A stretch of DNA of 62,847 nt, filler included, from a bacterium (lineage in GTDB: Bacteria; UBP15; UBA6099; JAJRTR01): assembly GCA_024278215.1 (NCBI GenBank). It is 4 parts of 4 records of this genome, joined end to end, with 100 filler letters (N's around TTAATTAATTAA, not from the genome) between each part and the next. Parts side by side here need not be neighbours in the genome. Positions count along the whole stretch, not along the records: positions 1 to 22,912 come from JAJRTR010000175.1; 3 more parts are not named here. The stretch is one strand, 5' to 3'. Both the position numbers and the translations under genes were made by a program. Shown here piece by piece: positions 10,648 to 21,115 of the stretch; within the stretch, counting starts at the first letter, position 1; each line of letters opens with the position of its first letter. The notes beneath the pieces were generated by a model. The model ran no database searches and was not told the DNA's origin. It saw nothing but the letters and a program-made list of their open reading frames with translations.

Positions 10648-11319
10648 ATGATTTACGCAATTATCCTTTGTGCCGGCTCAGGAGCCAGACTCGGGGCGGA
10701 TACACCTAAATGCTTTGTAGAAATAAATGAAAAACCAATGTTTTTCTATTCCGTTCGACTCATGGCGAATAATAGCATGATAGATAATATCGTGCTAACC
10801 TGCCCGGCAGGATGGAAAAAAAGCACTGAAAATCTGATCGCCGGATGGGGATTCAATAATATAGTTGTAATTGAGGGCGGTAAAAGCCGACAGGAAAGTG
10901 TTTTTCTCGCTCTGAAAACCCTACCGGAAAATACATCATATATCGTTATACATGATGGCGCCAGGCCCTGCGCGTCGAATGACCTTCTGTCTCTTGTCCT
11001 TTATAATGCAATTGAGCACAGCGCCTGCGTTCCTGTTATTCCAGCTACCGATACTATAAAAATTCTCGATGACAACAAATATGTCTTAAAAACCCTCGAC
11101 CGTGCATCACTCGTTATGGCCCAAACACCACAGGCCTTTAATTTCAATATCCTGCTCGCTGCTCATATCCACGCAGCCGAAAATGATTTTATCGCAACTG
11201 ACGACTCTTCAATCCTGGAACATTATGGAAGAAAGACTTTCGCTGTCGACGGAAGTATTGCAAATATTAAAATCACACACCCACAGGATATAATTCTCGC
11301 AAAACGCCTGCTTTTATGA
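10648..11319 (+). CDS. ispD: 2-C-methyl-D-erythritol 4-phosphate cytidylyltransferase
   Basis: ILCAGSGARLG...PK, GGKSRQESV, IHDGARP, QTPQAF, TDD, NIKITHPQD. Confidence 0.93.
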   Translation: MIYAIILCAGSGARLGADTPKCFVEINEKPMFFYSVRLMANNSMIDNIVLTCPAGWKKSTENLIAGWGFNNIVVIEGGKSRQESVFLALKTLPENTSYIVIHDGARPCASNDLLSLVLYNAIEHSACVPVIPATDTIKILDDNKYVLKTLDRASLVMAQTPQAFNFNILLAAHIHAAENDFIATDDSSILEHYGRKTFAVDGSIANIKITHPQDIILAKRLLL

Positions 11320-12264
11320 TATTTTTGTTATCCAACGTATGCCTAATCACAATCCTTCCTGCTCTTTTAGATCTAACGTACTGATATTATTAAGCATCTT
11401 TATACATCATACCGCTTCATAAACTATCATAAAGAATCATAATATTTCTTTCCTGTTTCCTCGATAATCATTGAAAGAACACAAAACATGATCGTTCTAT
11501 ACCTTATCAAAACTCCCTATAACACTCTTTCACACGCCATTTACCGCTTTTGGCTCTTTGTCTTCGATATTATTGGTACGACACAAGCAGTAACAATACA
11601 ACAAATCATATAACATTATTTCAGTCTCCTTTTTCAGCAATATCTCACTTTTAAATATCTGCTACAATGTAATTTTATATTTAATATATTTTGATTTTAG
11701 TTTCCCTCTATGTTTTGTGTGATTTAATCTGATTTTGTGTATAAATCAGTTAATTATGTTTTTACAAATATCAGATTTTCAATAGCATCTTATGTATCCT
11801 GTTTGCATTTTATGTGCATCCTTTAAATATCATTTCCTGACTTTTCAATATATTTGTTGATATCTGATAATGGTAATTTGCCATATTTTTTTCATTATTT
11901 TTGTGTAATATTGAAAAAACCGATTGTTTGTATTGCAATAGCAATATGTTTTCTGCTTTTCCATAATCAATTACGGTATTGCATAATAACAAAGCGCTGT
12001 ATATTGCTATTATCGTCGGAAGATTGCCATTTTATTAAAATCAATCTCATATATCATATAATGCAATATTTACCCATTAAAAGCCTGAAATTAGCAATAT
12101 CGTGTTTTCAATGATTTTATATTGCCTTTTATATCCATTGGAGAAATACATATTGTAATATTTTAGTTGTACATCGGGAATACATAAGAAGCGCCTCAAA
12201 GAATACATCAAAGCTGAACAGTGTAAAACACGTCGTAGTGTCGTGTCAACAAGAAAAGATGTAA

Positions 12265-12415
12265 GAGCCAATTGCACAATTCTGATTTCTGCTGCGGTCG
12301 CGCGAAATTGTCCTCGACATATTCTACAGAACGCCTGAGAGGATTTTATACATCCGCCTTACTCTGAACAATTTTGCTCGACCTCACTACGAACATTATT
12401 TTGCAATCGACGCTC
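12265..12415 (-). repeat. MITE family A, degenerate inverted copy with internal deletion
   Basis: Reverse-complement similarity to 34118-34295; ends GAGCCAATTGCACAA and TTTTGCAATCGACGCTC. Confidence 0.75.
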
Positions 12416-12742
12416 TGTTTTATAAAAAAATGTTATGACAGACCTGATATACTTTTGTGCTTTTGGGAAAGGTGACTGTTTCAATTTTAAAGGGCAATGA
12501 GATAATTGACTGAAAAGCATGGTTTTTTGCAAGTGTATATATCATGTGAGTTATCCGGATTACGTAAGGCTATGTACTTGCATTTCTATAACTTCATATT
12601 ATAATGTCGTAAGTTTGGGATTATGAAAATGATATCGGGCGATTGTTCAGGATACGAGGACAAAACGCTGTTAACAGCATAGAGAAGGCAACGCGAAGCA
12701 CAACGTGCTGTGAAGGTTGCGGCGCGGAAAGGGGGCGCGGAA

Positions 12743-13288
12743 ATGAGCACAACCGTAGTAAAACCCGATAGGGAATTCACGAAAAAGATAAGCGAGGCGA
12801 GTGGGGTGGATGTCAGCGCGTGCTACCAGTGCATGAAATGCTCGGCGGGCTGCCCGGTGGCGGAAGTTTCGGACTCGACGCCGGCGCATATACTTAGAAA
12901 AGTGCTGCTGGGGATGAAAGACGAGTTGATGCAGGGCGACTTTATATGGCTGTGCATCGGATGCGAGACATGCAAAACACGATGTCCGCAGGATATAAGC
13001 ACGCGCGCGGTAGTGGACGCGCTCAAACACATGGCATTTGAAGAAAACGCGGAACCAAAGGAAAAGAACGTGGCACTGCTTTATAGAACGTTCCTCAATA
13101 TAGTGAAGACCAGAGGGCGAATAAACGAGCCGCTCCTGATGATGCACTACAAGATGGGTTCGAAGGATTACATGGGCGATATGGACCTTGGAATGGAAAT
13201 GATAAAGAAGGGCAAGATGGGCATCAATCCGCTCTCGGGCAGGATCAGAGGAAGCCGCCAGGTGAGAGAAATCATCGGGGAGAAATAG
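12743..13288 (+). CDS. hdrC: Heterodisulfide reductase subunit C-like
   Basis: CYQCMKCSAGCP and WLCIGCETCKTRCP 2x[4Fe-4S] motifs; directly upstream of hdrB. Confidence 0.9.
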   Translation: MSTTVVKPDREFTKKISEASGVDVSACYQCMKCSAGCPVAEVSDSTPAHILRKVLLGMKDELMQGDFIWLCIGCETCKTRCPQDISTRAVVDALKHMAFEENAEPKEKNVALLYRTFLNIVKTRGRINEPLLMMHYKMGSKDYMGDMDLGMEMIKKGKMGINPLSGRIRGSRQVREIIGEK

Positions 13289-13292
13289 GTCA

Positions 13293-14165
13293 ATGGCAAA
13301 AAAATACACATATTATCCCGGCTGCTCGTCGCACACGTCGGGAAAAGATTTTGAGGAATCGCTGCAGGCGGTCTGCCGGCATCTCGGAGTGGAACTGATC
13401 GAGTTGCCGGACTGGAATTGCTGCGGAGCGAGCGCGACACATATCGCCGAGCACGAAGTGGGTGTCCAACTCAGCCTGCGAAACCTCGCAATGGCGGAAA
13501 AGTTGGCCGACCGCGATGTGGTTACTGCCTGCGCCGCCTGCTACTCGCATCTCAAATACGCAGAGTACGCGGCGAAGAACGAAGGCGTAAAAAGCAAGAT
13601 CGGGCAGTATGACGGCAAGATCGGCGCTCGCAATCTCATAGACATTCTGCACAACGATGTCGGTCTCGACGAGATTGCCGCAAATGTGAAACATAAACTA
13701 GAAGGGCTCAGGCCTGTCGGTTACTATGGTTGCCTGATGCTGCGCCCGCCGGAAGTGATGCAGCTTGACGATGTCGAAAATCCGAAGTATATGGAAGACA
13801 TTGTCGGCGCGCTGGGCGGCGAGCCGGTACACTGGTCGTACAAGACGGAATGTTGCGGCGCGAGCCTCGCGATTCCCCGCACGGACATTGTTCTGAAACT
13901 TGTCGGCAAACTACTCGCGAAGGCAGAAGAGGCGGGCGCGAACTGCATAGTCACGGCGTGTCCGCTCTGCCAGCTCAACGTCGATTCGAGGCAGAAGCAG
14001 GCGGGCGAACTGCTTGGAAAATCGTTTAATCTGCCTGTGTATTATTTTACCGAACTAATAGGCATCGCATTCGGCATACAGGAATACCGGACATGGCTCA
14101 ACCGCCACATAGTAGACCCGAAGCCTCTCATCGACCAGGTGCTCTCCGCACCTGCCGCTCGCTGA
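13293..14165 (+). CDS. hdrB: Heterodisulfide reductase subunit B-like
   Basis: Two CCG domains: YYPGC..DWNCCGA..ACAAC and YYGC..ECCGA..ACPLC. Confidence 0.92.
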   Translation: MAKKYTYYPGCSSHTSGKDFEESLQAVCRHLGVELIELPDWNCCGASATHIAEHEVGVQLSLRNLAMAEKLADRDVVTACAACYSHLKYAEYAAKNEGVKSKIGQYDGKIGARNLIDILHNDVGLDEIAANVKHKLEGLRPVGYYGCLMLRPPEVMQLDDVENPKYMEDIVGALGGEPVHWSYKTECCGASLAIPRTDIVLKLVGKLLAKAEEAGANCIVTACPLCQLNVDSRQKQAGELLGKSFNLPVYYFTELIGIAFGIQEYRTWLNRHIVDPKPLIDQVLSAPAAR

Positions 14166-14186
14166 CAACAAGGAAGGGACTTGATC

Positions 14187-17100
14187 ATGAGCAAGAACAA
14201 GTATAAAGATACAAACAATAAGAAAGGCGAAGTGGTCGGGACTGGCGGCGGCAAAGTCGGCTCGGTCATGGTAGTGGGCGCCGGCATAGCCGGCATGGAA
14301 TCGTCGCTTGGCCTTGCCGATTCCGGTTATCTTGTCTATCTTGTTTCCAAGGAACCGACAGTCGGCGGCCGCATGGCGCAGCTCGACAAAACATTTCCGA
14401 CAAACGACTGCTCGACCTGCATGATTTCGCCCCGGATGGTCTCCGTCGGCTCGCATCCCAACATCGACATCATTACCATGGCGGATGTAGACAGTGTCAG
14501 CGGCGAAGCGGGCAACTTCAAAGTCAAAGTCAGGAAGCAGCCGCGTTACATCGACGAATCCAAATGCACCGGCTGCGCCGAATGCACGACTGTATGCCCG
14601 GTGCATATACCCGACCCGAACAATGAAAACCTCAGCGACCGAGGAGCGACATACCGGCTGTTTCCGCAGGCGGTGCCCAACTGGTTCGCGATCACCCGCG
14701 ACCGCACCGCGCCCTGCAAAAACAGGTGCCCGGCGCACATCAGCGTGCAGGGCTATGTCAATCTCATCGCCGAAGGGCGTTTCAAGGACGCGCTGGAAGT
14801 GATCCGTCAGCGCAATCCCTTCCCGTCGGTCTGCGGCAGGGTTTGTTTCCATCCCTGCGAGGAAGTTTGCAACCGAGGACAGGTCGACGAGCCTGTCGCA
14901 ATCAATAATCTCAAGCGTTTCGTGTCAGACATCGAACTTGAAGAGGCGGGCGTGATCCCGAAAAAGCTTGGCGTCACCGAAGACCCGTCGAAGAATCCCT
15001 GGAAGAATATCGAACCGGCGCAAAAGCGTGAGGAGAAGGTCGCCATCATAGGCGCGGGCCCGTCCGGACTCACCGCCGCGCACGATCTCGCTCTGTGGGG
15101 TTTCAAATGCACAGTGTTCGAGAAACTGCCCATGGCGGGCGGAATGCTCGCGGTCGGCATACCCGAATACAGGTTGCCCATGAAGGTGCTCCAGTATGAA
15201 ATAGACCGTGTGAAACAGCTCGGAGTGGAAATAAAACTGAATACGGCAATAGACAAAAACAATGGAATCGACAAACTGTTCGAGCAGGGCTACAAGGCCG
15301 TCTACATAGCGGTCGGCTCGCACGGCAGCATGAAACTGCGCGTCAGGGGCGAGGAACTACCCGGTGTGATGAGCGGCATAGACTACCTGCGCGACATCAC
15401 GCTCGGAGAGAAGACCGAACTGGGCAAAAATGTGGCGGTCATCGGCGGCGGCAACGTCGCGATGGACGCGGCCCGCACCGCCATCAGGGAAGGCGCGAAA
15501 GTCACGGTCGTATACCGCAGGAGCCGCCAGGAGATGCCCGCCCACGAGTGGGAAATCGCCGAGGCGGAGAGAGAAGGAATCGAATTCAAGTTCCTCACGA
15601 CGCCGCTGGAGATAGTCGCGGGCGCAGGCGGCAGGGTCGACCGGTTAAAGTGCATACAGAACGAACTGGGCGAACCCGACGCGAGCGGTCGCCGCAGGCC
15701 CGTTCCCATCGACGGCTCGGAATTCGACATCGAGCTCGACACAGTCATCGCGGCCATCGGGCAGGCGACGGAAGTGGACTTCCTCACCGGCAAAGACGGT
15801 GTGGAAACCACGAAATGGGGCACAGTCATCACAAATGAAAAGACCGGTCGTACCGACCGTGAAGGCGTGTTCTCCGGCGGCGACTGCGTCACTGGCCCCG
15901 GCATGGCGATCGAAGCTATCGGGGCGGGCAAGAACGCCGCAGAGTCCATCCGCCGCTACCTGCTCGGTGAAGACATAGACGGCGCACGCCTCGAAGACGA
16001 ACTAATGGCTTCCACTCCCCTCGACGAGCACACTATAAACAACGCGCAGAAAGCGTCGCGCCCCAGGCCCAAACTGTTGCCTTACGACCAGCGCACAGGC
16101 AACTTCGACGAAGTGGAGATGACGATCACCGCCGAAGAAGCCGTCGCCGAAGCAAAGCGCTGCCTCAACTGCGGCCCCTGCGCGGACTGTCGCCTCTGCG
16201 AGATCACCTGCCAGAAAGAAGCCATCGACTTCACCCAGACCGAGCAGATAACAACTTATGATGTCGGCGCCATGATCCTGTCGCCCGGCTACAAGCTGTT
16301 TGACCCGCGCGAGCTCGGCGAATTCGGCTTCGACCACATGGACAATGTCATCACCAGCATGCAGTTCGAGCGAATGCTCAGCGCGTCCGGCCCATACGAG
16401 GGACACGTCGCCAGGCCGTCGGACCACGAAGAACCCAAACGCATAGCGTTCATCCAGTGCGTCGGCTCACGAAACGAACGCATCGGGCGCGGCTACTGCT
16501 CGTCGGTGTGCTGCATGTACGCCACGAAGCAGGCGATTATCGGTATGGAACACTGCAAGGGGTCGGAAGTATCCATCTTCTACAGGGACCTTCGCGCATT
16601 CGGCAAAGGCTTCGACCGCTACTGGCAGTCGGCGCGCGACAAGAACGGTGTGCGCTACGTCAAGGCGTCGATCTCGACAATCAAGGAAGACCCGAACAAC
16701 AAAAATCTCATATTGAGGTATCTCGAAGGCGATTCGTTAAAAGAAGAAGAATTCGACATGGTGATCCTCTCCTGCGGCCTTGTGCCGAACCCCGACGGCA
16801 TAGCGCTCTGCAACCGCCTCGGCGTCGATCTCGACAAATACGGATTCGCCGAAACCGACCCGAACATGCCCATCGCAACAAACCGGGAAGGCATTTATGT
16901 ATGCGGCGCGTTCGAGAGTCCGAAGGACATACCTGAATCGGTCGTGCAGTCGACAGGCGCGGCGGGCAAAGCCATGGCGTTGCTGGGCGACGCGCGCTGG
17001 ACGGCGACAAGCACGAAAGAATATCCCGAGCCGTTGGACGTCAAACCCGAGGACGAAGTCCGCATGGGTGTCTTCATCTGCCATTGCGGCATAAATATCG

Positions 17101-18761
17101 CGGGCGTCGTCGACGTGAAACGTGTCGCGGAAGACGCCGGCAAACAGCCGGGCGTTGTTCATGCCGAGGACATTCTATTCACCTGCTCGCAGGACTCGCA
17201 GGACCTCATACGCAGAATCATCAAAGAAAAAAATCTTAACAGGGTTGTCGTCGCGTCCTGCTCGCCCAGGACACACGAACCGCTATTCCGCGAGATGCTC
17301 AAGGAAGCCGGCCTCAACCCCTACCTGTTCGAGATGGCCAACATCCGAGACCAGTGTTCATGGGTACACTACAGCCACCCGGAAAAAGCGACAGAAAAAG
17401 CTATCGGACTCGCCCGGATGGCTATCGCCAAGGCCCGGAAGCTCGAATCGCTGCAATCGGCGACACTCGATGTCACACACACGGGTCTTGTCATAGGCGG
17501 CGGCGCGGCGGGCATGACGGCGGCACAGTCACTCGCAGACCAGGGTTTCGACGTGCATCTGGTCGAGCGCGCGGCGCAGCTCGGCGGCGAAGCCCTGAAC
17601 CTGCGCTACGCGATGGACGGCTCGGACATAAGACCGGTTGTTGAAAAAATGATCGACCAGATCACGAACAACCCGAAAATAACTATTCATTTCAACAGCG
17701 AACTCGCGGACCTTTCCGGCGGCGTCGGCGCGTTCAAGAGCACACTTACTTCCGGAAACGGCGACGGCACGCAGGTAATCGAACACGGCGCGCTGGTAAT
17801 CGCCACCGGCGCGAAGGAATACAAGCCGACGGAATACATGTACGGCCAGGATGAACATGTCATGACGACGCGCGAGCTCGAGATGGCTGTGGCCTCAGGC
17901 AAACTGAACCCTAAAGAGCTCAACGACATAGTCTTCATACAATGCGTCGGCTCGCGCTGCGACGAACGCGACTACTGCAGCCGCGTGTGCTGTTCGCAGA
18001 CGGTGAAAAATACGATCAAACTTAAAGAGATGAATCCCGACCTGAATATCTATGTGATGTACCGCGACATAAGGACATACGGGATGCGTGAAGACTACTA
18101 CCGCAGGGCGCGCGACCTGGGCGTTATCTTCGTCAGGTACGACAAGGACGAGCCGCCCGAAGTAACGAAGAACAGCGGACGGCTTGCCGTAACGGTGAAA
18201 GACCAGATGATGGGCCGTGTGCTGGAGTTCCCGGCGGACGCTGTGTCGCTCGCGGCGGCGGTGGTGCCGAGAACGAGCACCAGGAAACTTGCAAAAACCA
18301 TCAAGGTGTCTGAGAGCCAGGACGGCTTCTTCCTCGAAGCACATGTGAAGCTGCGCCCGATAGACTTCGCGCTCGAGGGCGCGTACATGGCGGGCACGGC
18401 GCACTCGCCGATGTCGCTGGACGAAGCGGTGTCGCAGGGTCTGGCGGCTGCGGCGCACGCGGGCGGCGTGCTGGGCAAAGAGAAGCTCCAGGGCGACGCA
18501 CACGTGGCGCATGTGAACGAAGACCTGTGCGCCGGCTGTGTGACATGCGTTAGAGTATGCCCCTACGGTGTGCCGCAGATGAACATGCGGGGCAAGGCGG
18601 AAATATCGCCGCTGGCATGCCACGGCTGCGGAACCTGCGTCAGCCAGTGTCCGGCGAAAGCCATTGAACTGCCCGGCTTCACCTACGACCAGATATCCTG
18701 CATGTGCAATGAAACATATTCGTTCGATTTCGATAAAGACAAGGCGCCGGCAGGCTCCTGA
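14187..18761 (+). CDS. hdrA: Large HdrA-like (HdrL-type) flavoprotein: two HdrA modules plus a GltD/NfnB-like pyridine-nucleotide module
   Basis: GAGIAG + KTFPTNDC; CPAH..GRVCFHPCE, GAGPSG, GGGNVAMD..VYRRS; two CVGSR..CS..CC motifs; GVFICHCG; ferredoxin motifs. Confidence 0.9.
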   Translation: MSKNKYKDTNNKKGEVVGTGGGKVGSVMVVGAGIAGMESSLGLADSGYLVYLVSKEPTVGGRMAQLDKTFPTNDCSTCMISPRMVSVGSHPNIDIITMADVDSVSGEAGNFKVKVRKQPRYIDESKCTGCAECTTVCPVHIPDPNNENLSDRGATYRLFPQAVPNWFAITRDRTAPCKNRCPAHISVQGYVNLIAEGRFKDALEVIRQRNPFPSVCGRVCFHPCEEVCNRGQVDEPVAINNLKRFVSDIELEEAGVIPKKLGVTEDPSKNPWKNIEPAQKREEKVAIIGAGPSGLTAAHDLALWGFKCTVFEKLPMAGGMLAVGIPEYRLPMKVLQYEIDRVKQLGVEIKLNTAIDKNNGIDKLFEQGYKAVYIAVGSHGSMKLRVRGEELPGVMSGIDYLRDITLGEKTELGKNVAVIGGGNVAMDAARTAIREGAKVTVVYRRSRQEMPAHEWEIAEAEREGIEFKFLTTPLEIVAGAGGRVDRLKCIQNELGEPDASGRRRPVPIDGSEFDIELDTVIAAIGQATEVDFLTGKDGVETTKWGTVITNEKTGRTDREGVFSGGDCVTGPGMAIEAIGAGKNAAESIRRYLLGEDIDGARLEDELMASTPLDEHTINNAQKASRPRPKLLPYDQRTGNFDEVEMTITAEEAVAEAKRCLNCGPCADCRLCEITCQKEAIDFTQTEQITTYDVGAMILSPGYKLFDPRELGEFGFDHMDNVITSMQFERMLSASGPYEGHVARPSDHEEPKRIAFIQCVGSRNERIGRGYCSSVCCMYATKQAIIGMEHCKGSEVSIFYRDLRAFGKGFDRYWQSARDKNGVRYVKASISTIKEDPNNKNLILRYLEGDSLKEEEFDMVILSCGLVPNPDGIALCNRLGVDLDKYGFAETDPNMPIATNREGIYVCGAFESPKDIPESVVQSTGAAGKAMALLGDARWTATSTKEYPEPLDVKPEDEVRMGVFICHCGINIAGVVDVKRVAEDAGKQPGVVHAEDILFTCSQDSQDLIRRIIKEKNLNRVVVASCSPRTHEPLFREMLKEAGLNPYLFEMANIRDQCSWVHYSHPEKATEKAIGLARMAIAKARKLESLQSATLDVTHTGLVIGGGAAGMTAAQSLADQGFDVHLVERAAQLGGEALNLRYAMDGSDIRPVVEKMIDQITNNPKITIHFNSELADLSGGVGAFKSTLTSGNGDGTQVIEHGALVIATGAKEYKPTEYMYGQDEHVMTTRELEMAVASGKLNPKELNDIVFIQCVGSRCDERDYCSRVCCSQTVKNTIKLKEMNPDLNIYVMYRDIRTYGMREDYYRRARDLGVIFVRYDKDEPPEVTKNSGRLAVTVKDQMMGRVLEFPADAVSLAAAVVPRTSTRKLAKTIKVSESQDGFFLEAHVKLRPIDFALEGAYMAGTAHSPMSLDEAVSQGLAAAAHAGGVLGKEKLQGDAHVAHVNEDLCAGCVTCVRVCPYGVPQMNMRGKAEISPLACHGCGTCVSQCPAKAIELPGFTYDQISCMCNETYSFDFDKDKAPAGS

Positions 18762-18784
18762 CATAATTCTTGGAGGAAATGGAA

Positions 18785-19264
18785 ATGGCGGAGACAGAGG
18801 AAAAGGTAGAAGAAAAGCAGCCGAAGCAACCGGTGGACCCGAACTTTGTGCCGAAGATCGTAGCTTTCTGCTGCAACTTCTGCGCTTATGCCGCGGGCGA
18901 CCTGGCAGGCTCCACAAGGACGGAGTATCCATCGAATATAAAGGTAATCAGGCTTCCCTGTTCCGGCAGGGTGGACACCCGGCTGCTGCTGCGCGCGTTC
19001 GAGGAAGGCGCGGACGGGGTGTATGTCGCCGGCTGCGAGGAGGGAAGCTGCCACTTCGCCGAAGGCAACTACTGGGCGAAGCGGCGCGTCAAAAATGCAA
19101 AGAAACTACTCGATGAAATAGGCATCGGCGGCGAGCGGCTCGAGATGTTCAACTTCTCGGCCTCCATGTTCGATAAGTTTGTCGCAAACGCGAAAATAAT
19201 GGATGAAAGAATAAGAAAACTTGGGCCGAGCCCCGTTAACGTGGCGGCCGCAAAATCAAAATAA
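18785..19264 (+). CDS. mvhD: MvhD/HdrA-associated [2Fe-2S] subunit
   Basis: IVAFCCNFCAYAAGDLAG, IRLPCSGRVD, GADGVYVAGC..G.CH...GN. Confidence 0.92.
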   Translation: MAETEEKVEEKQPKQPVDPNFVPKIVAFCCNFCAYAAGDLAGSTRTEYPSNIKVIRLPCSGRVDTRLLLRAFEEGADGVYVAGCEEGSCHFAEGNYWAKRRVKNAKKLLDEIGIGGERLEMFNFSASMFDKFVANAKIMDERIRKLGPSPVNVAAAKSK

Positions 19265-19277
19265 TCGGAGTGACAAT

Positions 19278-19991
19278 ATGATAGTAGCTGAAACAAAACC
19301 GATCGAAGAAATATACGGATTCATCGAACCGTACAACAAGATCATGGTGCTCGGTTGCGGCGGATGCGTATCGGTGTGCCTCTCCGGCGGAGAGAAAGAG
19401 GTCGGCGTGCTGACTTCCGCGCTCAAGCTGAAGAGGAAGATAGACGGCCGCGAACTCGAGGTGGTCGAGATGACCATACCGCGCCAGTGCGACTGGGAAT
19501 ACTTCGACCTGATGGGCAGCCGGCTCGACGAGGTGGAAGCTGTCGTGAGCATCGGATGCGGCGCGGGCGTGCAGGCGCTCGTCAAAAAGTTCCCGGATTC
19601 GCTCGTCTATCCCGGCCTCAACACCAGCTTCCTCGGCGTGGGCGAAAAGCCCGGCGTTTGGGTCGAATACTGCCAGGGCTGCGGCAGTTGCGTGCTGGGC
19701 CTCACAGGCGGTATATGCCCCGTGGCGCGCTGCTCGAAACACATCCTCAACGGCCCCTGCGGCGGCTCGGAAAAGGGAATGTGCGAAGTCGACCCAAAGA
19801 ACATTCCCTGCGTCTGGCAGCTCATCTACGACCGCCTCAAGTCCATCGACAGACTCGACCTCATCGAGAAGATCATGGACATGAAAGACTGGAGCACCGC
19901 GACCGACGGCGGTGTGCGCAGGATGGAGAATCCCGAAGTCTTCGCGCTCGAACACAAGCAGCAGGAAGACAAAGAGCCCGCTAAGGGTTGA
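19278..19991 (+). CDS. metV: Methylenetetrahydrofolate reductase Fe-S/Zn subunit MetV
   Basis: GCGGCVSVC.SGG, CQGCGSC....GGICPVARCSK..LNGPCGG, PCVWQLIYDRL. Confidence 0.88.
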   Translation: MIVAETKPIEEIYGFIEPYNKIMVLGCGGCVSVCLSGGEKEVGVLTSALKLKRKIDGRELEVVEMTIPRQCDWEYFDLMGSRLDEVEAVVSIGCGAGVQALVKKFPDSLVYPGLNTSFLGVGEKPGVWVEYCQGCGSCVLGLTGGICPVARCSKHILNGPCGGSEKGMCEVDPKNIPCVWQLIYDRLKSIDRLDLIEKIMDMKDWSTATDGGVRRMENPEVFALEHKQQEDKEPAKG

Positions 19992-20097
19992 GTCGACATA
20001 TAACAACTATCCTGCCGCGCGGCAGCGCATACGGCGGCGGCACGGATTGCGATGATGCCGAAATTATAAAATAAATTCTGTACAGGGAGTTGAACCC

Positions 20098-21057
20098 ATG
20101 GGTGAAGCACAGGAAAAAGCAAATAGCTCTGAAATGATCTCGGGCAGCAATCTCGAAAAAATATTCCGCGCGGGCCACTTCGCGATTACCACCGAATGCG
20201 GGCCGCCCAAAGGCGCAGACGTCGAACGCCTCAAGGAAAAGATCAACCACATAAAAGGCTGCTGCGACGCCGCGAACGTCACGGATAACCAGACCGCCGT
20301 CGTGCGCATGTCCAGCATCGGCGCAAGCGCGATACTCGTCCAGGAAGGCGTCGAACCCATCATGCAGATGGTCACTCGCGACCGCAACCGCATCGCCGCC
20401 CAGAGCGACATGTTCGGCGCCCACGCGCTCGGCATCCGCAACATGCTCTGCCTCACCGGCGACCACCAGAAGTTCGGCAACCACCCCACCGCCAAAAATG
20501 TCTTCGACATGGACTCGATACAACTTCTGAAGGTCATTGACCACATACGCACCGAGAACAAAGTCATCGGCGGCGACGATGTGGAAGGCCCCGCGAAGAT
20601 GTTCCTCGGCGCGGCGGCCAACCCCTTCGGCGACCCCTTCGAGTTCCGCGTCTTCCGGCTCGCCAAAAAGATACAGGCCGGCGCCAACTTCATCCAGACC
20701 CAGTGCATCTACGACATGGACCGCTTCAAAAAATACATGCAGATGGCCTGCGACCACGGCCTCGACAAGAAAGCCTTCATCATGGCGGGCATCACGCCGC
20801 TGAAGTCCGCCGGCATGGCCAACTACATGAACAAATTCGTCGCGGGCATCTCCGTTCCCGACGAAATCATCCAGCGCCTCAAGGGCACGCCCAAGGAAAA
20901 ACAGGCCGAAGAAGGCATCAAAATATGCCTCGAACAGATCGAAACCGTGCGCAACATACCGGGTGTCGCGGGCGTGCATCTCATGGCCATCGAATGGGAA
21001 CACAAGGTCAGGGGCATACTCGAACAGACCGATCTTCTGCCCAGGCCGCAGGTCTGA
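20098..21057 (+). CDS. metF: Methylenetetrahydrofolate reductase MetF
   Basis: ECGPPKG, NVTDNQTA, RDRNRIA.QSD, LCLTGDH, KKIQAGANFIQTQ, GVHLM. Confidence 0.93.
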   Translation: MGEAQEKANSSEMISGSNLEKIFRAGHFAITTECGPPKGADVERLKEKINHIKGCCDAANVTDNQTAVVRMSSIGASAILVQEGVEPIMQMVTRDRNRIAAQSDMFGAHALGIRNMLCLTGDHQKFGNHPTAKNVFDMDSIQLLKVIDHIRTENKVIGGDDVEGPAKMFLGAAANPFGDPFEFRVFRLAKKIQAGANFIQTQCIYDMDRFKKYMQMACDHGLDKKAFIMAGITPLKSAGMANYMNKFVAGISVPDEIIQRLKGTPKEKQAEEGIKICLEQIETVRNIPGVAGVHLMAIEWEHKVRGILEQTDLLPRPQV

Positions 21058-21115
21058 AATAAACGACATCATTGCAGTGTCGAATTCGATATCCTTGAAA
21101 CACGGTGGCAAATAT

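Noticed and set aside
14187-19264. Selenocysteine in HdrA or MvhD
   Set aside because: Both ORFs are uninterrupted and have Cys at the relevant motifs
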